Part shown: in pieces, positions 18,183-27,500 of the stretch
Layout: each line of letters opens with the position of its first letter
Numbering within the stretch: position 1 is the first letter of the stretch
From: Candidatus Krumholzibacteriia bacterium
GTDB taxonomy: Bacteria; Krumholzibacteriota; Krumholzibacteriia; WVZY01
Reading direction: 5' to 3'
Length of the DNA: 32,746 nt
NCBI GenBank assembly: GCA_046754105.1
Contig: JBHHVD010000031.1
Coordinates: 1-32,746 of the forward strand
The notes under the pieces: generated by a model
Told to the model about the DNA's origin: nothing
The model's input: the letters and a program-made list of their open reading frames with translations, nothing else
The model's database searches: none
Program-made: the position numbers and the translations under genes

Positions 18183-18968
18183 ATGTTTCACTGGTTGGCA
18201 AGGGCGTGCGGCCGCAGGCTGGCCGCGTTTCTAAACAGGCCGGTGGCCCGCTACGAGCGTTTCGCGGTCAAGGACGAGGCGGTTCTCGGCGCCACCCTCA
18301 GGCCGGGAGACGTCCTGCTCGTCGAAGGCGACCGGCGGGTCAGCACCGCGATCAAGTACTTCACACAATCGACCTGGTCTCATGCCGCACTGTACGTCGG
18401 CGACGCACTGCGCGCCCGCGACGGCGGCACCGGGGCGTTGATCGAGGTCGACCTCGAGCACGGCGTCATCGGCGTGCCTCTCGCCAAGTACGCCGATTTC
18501 AACACGCGCATCTGCCGGCCCGTAGGCCTCTCCCTCGAGGACAAGCAACGTGTGATTGATTTTGTCCTGGCGAACCTTGGCCACAAGTACGACATGCGCA
18601 ACGTCGTTGATCTCTTGCGTTATCTTTTTCCGCGTCCGCCGGTGCCCTCGTACTACCGGCGGCGGATGCTGGCATTCGGCAGCGGCGACCCCACCCGTGC
18701 CATTTGTTCCACGCTCATCGCCCAGGCTTTTCAGCTGGTGAAATACCCGATTCTACCGCGCCGGGGGTACCAGTGCGCTGGAGATCCGAGCGAGGTAACC
18801 GATGATGAGATCCTGCGTGCACGCCACTACAGTCACTTCACCCCACGGGACTTCGACGTCTCGCCGTATTTCTCGGTGGTCAAACCGACGATAGAGCACG
18901 GGTTCGATTACAAACAGTTGAAATGGGAGATTCGCCCGGGCGAAGAGCCCGGAGACGACACCGCTTGA
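18183..18968 (+). CDS. Permuted papain-like NlpC/P60 (YiiX/YebB-type) cysteine hydrolase
   Basis: LRPGDVLLV, TQSTWSHAALYVG (His), G.KYD, ICSTLIAQAF (Cys after His, i.e. permuted), TPRDFD. Start ATG 18183. Confidence 0.85.
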   Translation: MFHWLARACGRRLAAFLNRPVARYERFAVKDEAVLGATLRPGDVLLVEGDRRVSTAIKYFTQSTWSHAALYVGDALRARDGGTGALIEVDLEHGVIGVPLAKYADFNTRICRPVGLSLEDKQRVIDFVLANLGHKYDMRNVVDLLRYLFPRPPVPSYYRRRMLAFGSGDPTRAICSTLIAQAFQLVKYPILPRRGYQCAGDPSEVTDDEILRARHYSHFTPRDFDVSPYFSVVKPTIEHGFDYKQLKWEIRPGEEPGDDTA

Positions 18969-18977
18969 GCCGGGCCG

Positions 18978-19865
18978 TTACCGGGTCATCTCCTTGAAGC
19001 CGGGGCGGAAGACTTTTTCCGCGAAGCGGTCCAGTGTCGTCGCCGCGACGACCGGCTTCGGTCCTTCGGGTACCACCTTGCCGGCGGCGAAGGCGCCGTG
19101 CATCTCGTTCATCAGGTTCGCCACACCGGTGCTCATCCCCATGGCCTCTATCGCCTCGCGCGATTGGTCTTCGGACACTTCGACGTGCCTGACCTCGCGA
19201 CCGATAGCTCTGCCAATGGTCCGGGCCGCGTTCTCGAACGTCACCTCTTCCGGGCCCACCAGTTCGATCACGGAACGACCGGTCCACGAAGCGTCCAACA
19301 GCCTCTCGGCGGCGTGCCTGGCGATATCCGCCGTCGCGATCATCGCCAGGCTCGTGTTGCCGGGCAGCGGCAGGAATACCGCGCCTTCGGATGCGATGGG
19401 TGCGGCCTGCGCGAAAAAATTCTCCATGAAGAACCCGGGACGGAGGTGGGTGACGTGCGCGCCGGTTTTCTCGAGCAGTTTCTCCACGTCGTGCAGTCCC
19501 GCAATGGGCCCCGTACCGCTCTTATGCTGCGCACCGATGCTCGATAGATCCACCACGCGCGGGATCTTGTTGGCGATCACGGCGGCGGCGGCGTTTCTGC
19601 CCATCAGGTTCTGGTAGCTCCGCAGGTCATCGACGGAGTAATCCCCGACGGTCAACCAGAACAGCACATCCGCGCCGCGCGTTGCCTCTATGACGAATCC
19701 CTCGTCCTCGAGATTACCCTCGCGCACGACCGCTCCGCGCTCCGCAAACGGCGCGACTTTTTGCGGGCTTCGTGTGAGCAGGATCAACTCCGCACCGGCG
19801 TCGAGAAGGTGCGTGGTGAGCGGCCGGCCGATATTTCCGTTCGGCGTGTTGACGGCGATTTTCAT
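18978..19865 (-). CDS. NmrA-family NAD(P)-binding protein (atypical SDR)
   Basis: MKIAVNTPNGNIG, VVDLSSIGA, HLRPGFFMENF, IATADIA. AAGGAG SD. Confidence 0.9.
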   Translation of the reverse strand: MKIAVNTPNGNIGRPLTTHLLDAGAELILLTRSPQKVAPFAERGAVVREGNLEDEGFVIEATRGADVLFWLTVGDYSVDDLRSYQNLMGRNAAAAVIANKIPRVVDLSSIGAQHKSGTGPIAGLHDVEKLLEKTGAHVTHLRPGFFMENFFAQAAPIASEGAVFLPLPGNTSLAMIATADIARHAAERLLDASWTGRSVIELVGPEEVTFENAARTIGRAIGREVRHVEVSEDQSREAIEAMGMSTGVANLMNEMHGAFAAGKVVPEGPKPVVAATTLDRFAEKVFRPGFKEMTR

Positions 19866-20038
19866 GATTCCATCTCCTTTGTTTACGTGGTCGGTGGGCG
19901 GTGAAGCGAGGGATGTCCGGCGCGGGGCCGAGTATACCACAGGCGGCGCCCGCGAGCCAAACCCGTACGCGTCCTCGTCGTTCCAAAAGCACGCCCGCCG
20001 CTCTCGATCGTCACTTCCACGCGCGAGGAAAACCGCTA

Positions 20039-20067
20039 TTGATTCCCCGTGCCCGACCTATCATAAT
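20039..20067 (+). promoter_or_regulatory. Possible sigma70 promoter for the S8 peptidase (TTGATT-N17-CATAAT)
   Basis: Near-consensus boxes with 17-bp spacing in the divergent intergenic region. Confidence 0.4.
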
Positions 20068-20135
20068 AGTGAGGTACCCACCCCACCGACCGTGCGGTCC
20101 AGGGCGGACGAAACGACACCACGAGGGACCGATTC

Positions 20136-21905
20136 ATGCGCCACGCCATACTCGTCACAGCAATCGCCGTCGGCGTAACAACCATTTCCACACATGGTTA
20201 CGCACAGACCCCGCGGCCGAAGTGGACCCCCGCGCTCGAGCGCGCCGTGCAGGCCGAAGATCCGGGCCGGCCCATGGCCGCCTGGGTCTTCTTTACCGAT
20301 AAGGGCCGCGACCTGGCACGGCGGCTGGCGAAGGCCGAGGACAATCTGACGCCCCGGGCGCGCAAGCGCCGCCTGCGCAACCGAGGCGCGGGCAACCTGG
20401 TGGACCGCTACGACGTTCCGGTGGAGCCGCGGTACGTACGACAGGTCGCGGCCACCGCCGTTCACATTCGCCAGACGTCGCGTTGGCTCAACGCCGTATC
20501 TGTGGACGCCACACCGGAGGCGCTGCGGCGGCTTTCCGGTCTGTCCTGCGTCGAGAAACTCGACGTGGTCCGGCACGGGCGCGTGCCGCAACCCGAGATT
20601 TCAGAAGAGACCGCTCGTCCGCCGCGTGCATCGTCGGGACCGCAGGTCGTGGCATACGGTCCGTCTTTCACCCAGAACGACCAGATCAACGTGCCCATGC
20701 TGCACGACCTCGGCTTCAACGGCAACGGCGTCATGATATGCATGCTCGACGCCGGGTTCAACAATCTCGGGCACACGGCACTCGATCACCTCGACATCCT
20801 GGCGACGCGTGATTTCGTAAACGGCGACAGCATCGTCTCCGACCAGCCCGGACAGATGGGCAGCGGCAATCACGGCACGTGGACGCTCAGTACCATCGGC
20901 GGGTTCGAGCCCGGCCAACTCATCGGCCCGGCCTGGGGCGCCACCTATCTCCTCGCCAAGACCGAGAACACCTCCTGGGAACGGCACGTCGAGGAGGACG
21001 CCTGGATCGCCGGCGCCGAGTGGGGTGACAGCATCGGCACCGATATCATCAGCAGCTCGCTCGGCTATCTCGACGGTTTTACCAGTCCCGATCCCGACTA
21101 CACGTGGTCGGACATGGACGGCAACACGACCATCGTCACCATCGGCGCCGACATCGCGGCGGGCCGGGGTATCCTGGTCGTCAATTCAGCCGGTAACAAC
21201 GCGCTCGCGCCGCCGGGGACGAACTCGCTGATCGGGCCGGCGGACGGCGACAGCGTGCTGGCGGTGGGAGCGATCACCAACACCGGCGTGCGCGCAGGCT
21301 TCAGCTCGACGGGGCCGACGGCGGACGGCCGCATCAAGCCGGACGTGATGGCGATGGGCCAGGCGGTGCACGTGGCCAGTGCAGCCGATCCCGTTGGGTT
21401 TCTCGACCTCAACGGCACGTCGTTCTCCTGTCCGCTCGTGGCCGGTGCCGCGGCGCTCATGCTCGAGGTCAACCCCAGCGTCACCAATATGGAGATCATC
21501 GGGGCGCTTCGCAGCACCGCCGACAACGCCGCCTCACCGGACAGCCTGGTGGGGTGGGGGATCATCGACGTGCACGCGGCGGCGTTCAGCACGGTCACCG
21601 GCATCGACGACCGCTCCGTGCCCCGGCGGGAGGTCGCGCTCTACCCCGCGTTTCCCAATCCCTTCAATCCAACGACGACGCTTCGCTACGAGCTTCCGCA
21701 GTCGTCTCACGTGGTTCTCACCGTGTACAACGTGCGCGGCGAGCGGGTTACGACCCTGGTCAACGAGCCGCAGTCGCGAGGATTCAAGTCCGTGGTCTGG
21801 AACGGTACGGACCGTTTCGGCAACAAGGTAAGCTCCGGCCTATACATCTATCGCCTGCAGGCCGGGGACTTCGAGACGAGCCGCAAGATGATGCTCTTGA
21901 AATGA
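20136..21905 (+). CDS. Secreted S8 (subtilisin-like) serine peptidase with C-terminal FlgD-Ig/T9SS-type sorting domain
   Basis: Signal peptide. Triad motifs MLDAG, NHGT and NGTSFSCP, plus NSAGN and KPDVMA. C-terminal PNPFNPTT...WNGTD..G..VSSGLY.YRL...RKMMLLK. Confidence 0.93.
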   Translation: MRHAILVTAIAVGVTTISTHGYAQTPRPKWTPALERAVQAEDPGRPMAAWVFFTDKGRDLARRLAKAEDNLTPRARKRRLRNRGAGNLVDRYDVPVEPRYVRQVAATAVHIRQTSRWLNAVSVDATPEALRRLSGLSCVEKLDVVRHGRVPQPEISEETARPPRASSGPQVVAYGPSFTQNDQINVPMLHDLGFNGNGVMICMLDAGFNNLGHTALDHLDILATRDFVNGDSIVSDQPGQMGSGNHGTWTLSTIGGFEPGQLIGPAWGATYLLAKTENTSWERHVEEDAWIAGAEWGDSIGTDIISSSLGYLDGFTSPDPDYTWSDMDGNTTIVTIGADIAAGRGILVVNSAGNNALAPPGTNSLIGPADGDSVLAVGAITNTGVRAGFSSTGPTADGRIKPDVMAMGQAVHVASAADPVGFLDLNGTSFSCPLVAGAAALMLEVNPSVTNMEIIGALRSTADNAASPDSLVGWGIIDVHAAAFSTVTGIDDRSVPRREVALYPAFPNPFNPTTTLRYELPQSSHVVLTVYNVRGERVTTLVNEPQSRGFKSVVWNGTDRFGNKVSSGLYIYRLQAGDFETSRKMMLLK

Positions 21906-22254
21906 GGAGGTCTTTTCCATGCGCCTCCCCGTTATTGGCGGATTCCCGAACAAGATCATCGCCCCGATCAACCGCAGCCGCAGGCACTCACCCGGCGGCG
22001 GTACGAGCCGGCGAGGGCATGTGGCTGCTGCACGCGGACCTGTTGGCCATCCTCGAAGACGAATCCCGGAAGCACCCGAAGGCCAGGATAAAACTGGCGG
22101 CGAGTGTCAGCGGCTTATCCTCGACAAATTTTCGAGATCGAACAAACTGCTCGAGGAGTTGACCGTCGAGCAGCATGCGCGGATGTAACGCCAGCCTCCG
22201 GCACGAGGGTCGTATTGAGTTGACTCTCGTGCCGGAGTTCCTACCTTTAAGAGC

Positions 22255-23160
22255 ATGAATCTCTTCTTCGTGCTGTTGTGGTTCGGACTGCTCGCACCCG
22301 CCTCGCCCGTCGTGCAATACGACCGGTCCGAACGCAGTCTTCCCCTCGCCATATCCGATAACGAGTGGAAGCCGCTTCGCCATTTCGCCGATACGGATCT
22401 TCAATACAAGCTCGGCCGGCGCCTTCTGGCGAACAAGCGATGGCGGTCGCTCATCGGCGGTGGCAAGATGTGCGTGGGCCTGGTGGATCTGCGCGACGCC
22501 GCCGCGATTCGCTGGGCACAGGTCAACGGGGACATCATGCTGTATGCGGCGAGCCTGCCCAAGATCGCGGTCCTGCTGGCCGTATACCAGGCTATCGAGG
22601 ACGGCATCGTGACCGAGACCGAGGTAGTCGACGGGGAACTCATCGAAATGATCCGCTTCTCGAGCAACCAGGCGGCGACCCGCCTCATAGACACACTGGG
22701 GTTCGAACGGCTCCAGGCCGCCGTCGTCGATCCGCGTTACAAGTTGTACGACCCCGACGACGGCGGAGGGCTCTGGGTCGGCAAACGGTACGCGCAGGGC
22801 GGGGAACGGTATCCCGACCCCGTCAAGGGACTGGTCCACGCCGCCAACGCCACCCAGGTGTGCCGCTTCTACTACCTGCTCGCCACCGGACGCCTGATCA
22901 ACGCGAAGCGTTCGCGCCAGATGCTCGAAGTGCTCTCGCAGCCGGACACAAAGCATAAGTTCGTTCACGTCCTCGGCGAGATCGCGCCGGACGCGGAACT
23001 TTACCGCAAATCCGGCACGTGGAAGAGGTGGCATTCCGACTCGGTCCTGGTGTGGGGGGAGGGCCGGCGTTACATACTCGTGGCACTGGTGGAGGATGGA
23101 TCGGGAGAGCAGATCCTCCGCGACCTGGTGGCGGTGGCGGAGCGCTCGCTCGGCGACTGA
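22255..23160 (+). CDS. Exported serine hydrolase, class A beta-lactamase/PBP-like fold
   Basis: SxxK (ASLPK), SxN (SSN), KSG. Hydrophobic N-terminal signal. Confidence 0.88.
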   Translation: MNLFFVLLWFGLLAPASPVVQYDRSERSLPLAISDNEWKPLRHFADTDLQYKLGRRLLANKRWRSLIGGGKMCVGLVDLRDAAAIRWAQVNGDIMLYAASLPKIAVLLAVYQAIEDGIVTETEVVDGELIEMIRFSSNQAATRLIDTLGFERLQAAVVDPRYKLYDPDDGGGLWVGKRYAQGGERYPDPVKGLVHAANATQVCRFYYLLATGRLINAKRSRQMLEVLSQPDTKHKFVHVLGEIAPDAELYRKSGTWKRWHSDSVLVWGEGRRYILVALVEDGSGEQILRDLVAVAERSLGD

Positions 23161-23251
23161 CCGCGAGCCTCGCCGGCTACGCCGCCGCGACCACGCATTA
23201 CGCCGCCGCAACTGAAACCGTGTCCGCGGGACGGCCTGGACCGTGTGGGGT

Positions 23252-24502
23252 TTACCGCGCGAGGATGCGGTCGATATAGGTGGCAAGCGTCTGGTGCTCG
23301 ACCGCCGAGTTGACCCGCAGCACGTTCGACATCAGCGCGACCAGGTACACGCGGCCGTCCGGTTTCTCCACGATCGCGACTGAGTTCATGTAGTTGTCCA
23401 CGTTCCCCCGGTACTTGCCGCACTCGAAGTCTTCTTCTTTCTTGCAGCGGTAGAGGCTCCCCGACTTGAAATACACGGCGGCCTCCGCCAGCGCCGGAGA
23501 CGATGCATAGCGAATGCGCCGCTCCGTCATGTACATCATGCGTTTGAGCTCGAGGCTCGACCAGGCGTCCACCATCCGGCCCTGCTCGATCCGCAACAGA
23601 AACCGCACCAGCGCCCTCGGCGAGGCGTAGCTCCGGACTCCGGGCACCATGTTCTTGCCGGCACGCGTAAAGAAGGTCCCGAGCTGCCATTCCTTCTCAT
23701 CGATGCCCACCGCGCGCAAGGGGTCGTTTACGACCGTCAGCGACAGTTTCTGAAGCTCCACACGCGGCGTTGCGCTAAAGAACGAATCCTCGGCCGCCGG
23801 TGACGGCGGGTAGCCGGCGCCAAACGCGCGCATCAGCATGACCTCTTTCCACACGGTACTCGCCGCGGCGTTGGCGCTCGCCGAGAGCATGTGGTCGAGC
23901 CACTCGTACAACGAAAACACGTCCCCTTCCCGGATCGGGCGAAACCCGACGCTCCGGGTGTCCGGGTTGAAGAGCGGCACCTTGTGATGATCGTGGACGA
24001 TCCACCCGCCGGCCTCGACCATACGTTCACGCAGCAGCGCGCGGCGGGATTCGCGGTTCTCGGGGAAACGCCGCGCGAGCTCTGCAAAGATCCCTGCGGC
24101 GATGGCCAGCTTGCCGATGCTTCCCGGCGAGTAGAGTTTGTCCGGCCGCATCGACGCGAAACGTGCGGCCGGCGAAATCTCGATCAGGGCCAGCGAGTAA
24201 CTGGCGTCGCGATCGAAGAAGAGCCGCTCGATTTCCCTCTGCAGCTCGGCATCCGTGCCCGGAAAATCGCGGTCCACCGCGCCGGCGGCGTGCAGCTGAA
24301 TCTCCGAGAGCCGTTTGCGGCCGCCGGCCACCGGCAGCGGCCCCTCGAGCTCACCGGCCAGGCGAAGCCGCAGCCGTTCCAGCCGGCGTATGCCCGTGGC
24401 GGCGTAGCCGTCGAGCGGATACGCACAGGTGGCATCGGGCGCCGCGAGCGCCGCGGCCGCCAGGACCACCATGGAGAACACCCGTAGCCGTCTCATCTTC
24501 AC
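23252..24502 (-). CDS. Exported serine hydrolase, class A beta-lactamase/PBP-like fold (larger paralog)
   Basis: SxxK (GSIGK), SxN (SAN), KSG (YFKSGSLY). Signal peptide. GTG 24502 overlaps the upstream TGA (GTGA); alternative ATG 24496. Confidence 0.87.
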   Translation of the reverse strand: MKMRRLRVFSMVVLAAAALAAPDATCAYPLDGYAATGIRRLERLRLRLAGELEGPLPVAGGRKRLSEIQLHAAGAVDRDFPGTDAELQREIERLFFDRDASYSLALIEISPAARFASMRPDKLYSPGSIGKLAIAAGIFAELARRFPENRESRRALLRERMVEAGGWIVHDHHKVPLFNPDTRSVGFRPIREGDVFSLYEWLDHMLSASANAAASTVWKEVMLMRAFGAGYPPSPAAEDSFFSATPRVELQKLSLTVVNDPLRAVGIDEKEWQLGTFFTRAGKNMVPGVRSYASPRALVRFLLRIEQGRMVDAWSSLELKRMMYMTERRIRYASSPALAEAAVYFKSGSLYRCKKEEDFECGKYRGNVDNYMNSVAIVEKPDGRVYLVALMSNVLRVNSAVEHQTLATYIDRILAR

Positions 24503-27500
24503 CCCTTCGCCGCCGGCAACTTCTGATCGGGGGACACGCCCGCCCCGGCCGGCAGCACCGGGTCCATCCCGCGCAGGTATTCCGACGCGCGCGCCCCTTC
24601 GTTCTCCACCAGCGGGCGAACCTGAAACAGCCACACCGTGCCGCCCGAAAAACCCAGTTCGATATCGTAGGAGCCTCCCGCGCCGCGCACGCCGGATAAC
24701 TGTTGTTCGACTTCGGCGGCCAGCTCGCGCAGCGCGTCCCGTTCGCGGGATGTTACGATCGGACTCTCGAAACTCGCGTGCTCCTCGCGCGTGCCGCCGG
24801 TTGCCGGCAGGCGCGTGTACCGGGCGGCCCGCGCGGGCGACAGCAGGACGTCGCGCCCATCTTCCGCCAGCAGAAACATCTCGGCGGCCTGGCCTGCGAC
24901 CGCACCGCCGGCCCCGCGGTTGAAGGCGATCGTGATGTCGCCCTCGCCAGCGGTCTCGAGCCCCGCCGTGATCATGACGCCCGATTTGTCGACGTCGATG
25001 CTGCGCAGGATGAGGACCGATGGGTAGACGTTCTCGGGGTTGGCGAGATAGCGCTGGCGCCAACGGTAGCTGCGCTCGGTAAACGGCGACGCCCACACGT
25101 TACGTACCGCCTTCAGGATGTCGTCTTCCGAAACAACGTTGGCCTCGGTCAGGTTCAGGCCTGCGCCCGTGAAATCCGCCAGGTCTTCCATGTTGGTGTC
25201 GCTGCGAATGAACACCGGTACCCGTCCGGGGGACACTCCGAAAACCTCCGTGAACACGCGCCCGAGGTCCTCGCGGTCCGCGGGCAGGACCGGCATGCGA
25301 CGGATGGCGTCGCGAAGCAGGGAGAGCCGCGACAGTACGTACGTCTCCACGGCCGCTTCACTGGCCACGCTATCCCGGTGGGCGCGGGCGCGGCGAAAGG
25401 TTTCCTCCAGAAACTCCCAGTACGACCCCCCGCTGCCGGGCATGGGCCGGTCCATGTGCCGGCGGAACACGCCGAAGGGGATCACCAAACCTGGGGCAAC
25501 TCGATCGGGGAAGAGCAACTTGAGCTGCCCCAGGTTTGCCGCTTTCGGCCCGCACACCCGACCGGAATCGGACGCGCGGAGTGAATCCAGCGGCAGGGCG
25601 TGGGCGAGTGCGAGATCGATCTTGTCCGTCGGTACCTGGATCCTGTGCCCGCCAAGACGGCGGTGTTCTACGAGCGCTTTTTCGTCCGGCGTCATGCGCG
25701 CGGCGGGTTTCATGAGCACCCTGCCCCGCGGCGATACCGCGAAGAACACGCGCTCGCCGGAATAGGCGCGCAGCAACTCGAAGGTCTTCTGTGTAACGGC
25801 TGCGTTGGGAATACCGAGGTTGCGCGCGAGGAGTTGCACGTGCGAGACCGCGTTGCCTCCGGATACGCTGACGATACCCGCCACCGGTTCGAGGTCCTCT
25901 GGCGGCCGGCGCAGCACGTAAATCTTCTCCGGTGAAAACTTCACCCCTCCAGCGCGCCCCTCCACGACCTCGAGCTCTCCCGCCGTGAAACCCGGATTCA
26001 AACCCCGTGCCTGCGCTTTCTCGCCGAGGTCGAAGACGGTGTTGGCCACACCCGTCAGGCGGGCGCCTGCTCGCGACAACCGGCTCGCGGCATCGCCCAG
26101 GGCCAGCAGAATGGACCCCCGGATCCGGTCGTCGACGAACGCGCCGGCCATCGGTTCGAAATCCGAATAGAGCGCGACCACCGATTCGTAGGTCGAGCGC
26201 ACGGTGGCTGCTCCCCATTCCACCGCGCGGCGCGACGCCGCTACACGCTTTGAGAATTCGGCCAGTGCTTCGGTGGAATCCGGCACCTCGAGCCGCGGCT
26301 GCAGCTCGCGCCATTCCCACATTTCGAGAAATCCGCAGCCCGCACCGGCCTCGGCGAGCACCGAATTGAGCGTCACCAACTCACCCGTCGTCTGCGGACG
26401 CCACTCACCGATGGCTCGAAAAAGGATCGTTTCGATATCCAGCGACAAGTCCATCAAGGCGAGGCGAGTGTCACCCGCACGGGTCGACACGGCGTCTTCG
26501 CGGATACTCCACAGGAGGCCGGCCAGGGCCCGGCATTTCGCGGCCACCGGATTGACGGTTGCGAACCGGCCGACCACAATCACCGTATCGGCCGCCGCGC
26601 GCGCTCCCGTTGAATCCACCAGCGCGCCGGCTGGTACCCTCACCGTATCCGGTTCCAGGGCGACGCGGCCCGGCCAGCCCGCCGCGTCGGTGTCGATGAG
26701 CGTTCGCAGCGCCGCAGCGACCCCGCCCGCCGGTGGTATCCGGCCCAGGTAGCGGCGCAGGCCCTCTACGGTAGCGGACCGGTAGACCGTTTCCAGGTCA
26801 CGCGCGAGGGCCTCGAGCTGCTCGCGTACATCGGGGGACACCCGCGGGCCGTGGCGCTCGAGAAAGGCGCGGACCCGGCGCACGTCCGACCGGCCGGGCC
26901 GCCCGTGGATCTTGACGCGGATATCCATGAACGGCGGGTAGGTGTCGGCGATCCGCTTCGACAACGCCCGGATGCGCGGCCCCTTTCCCTCGCTCTCGTG
27001 GTGCGGAACGTCACGGACTGCTTCGCGGCCGAGATAGAAATGTGAGGTGAGAAACCCGTCCCGGGAAAGAAGCCACGGGAGAAACCCGGCGCCCCAGGCG
27101 GATTCGTCTTCCGCCTGCACCGCTCCGCGGTAATGTTGCGCGCGCCGCATGATCCAGCCGTCGTCCGCCGCGCGCAGGAACCGCTCGAGTTGAAACTGTT
27201 TCAGCCGCGAAAACCCGTTCGCCTCGTCCAGAAAGGCATCATACGGTGTGCCCGCGAGTATCTGTCCGAGATAGACTCCGAATTCCCGCTCGATCTCTAC
27301 GACGACGTCCTTGCGCAGCGCGTGTTGTATGCCGCCTTCGGGGCACGGCTCGTTCGCGCCGCGGATCGTGCCGTCCGGACAAAACCACGCGATACGCTGG
27401 TACGGCCCGCGAGTATCGTTCTTTAAGTCCTGGATCAGGGCTGTGAGGTCCGTCGCGTCCCGGGTGGCTACCGTCCCGGGCGCGAGCGCGAGCGTGCAGG

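Noticed and set aside
22255..24502. Bona fide beta-lactamase resistance genes
   Set aside because: Only the generic SxxK/SxN/KSG motifs are present. There is no ExxLN and no mobile context.
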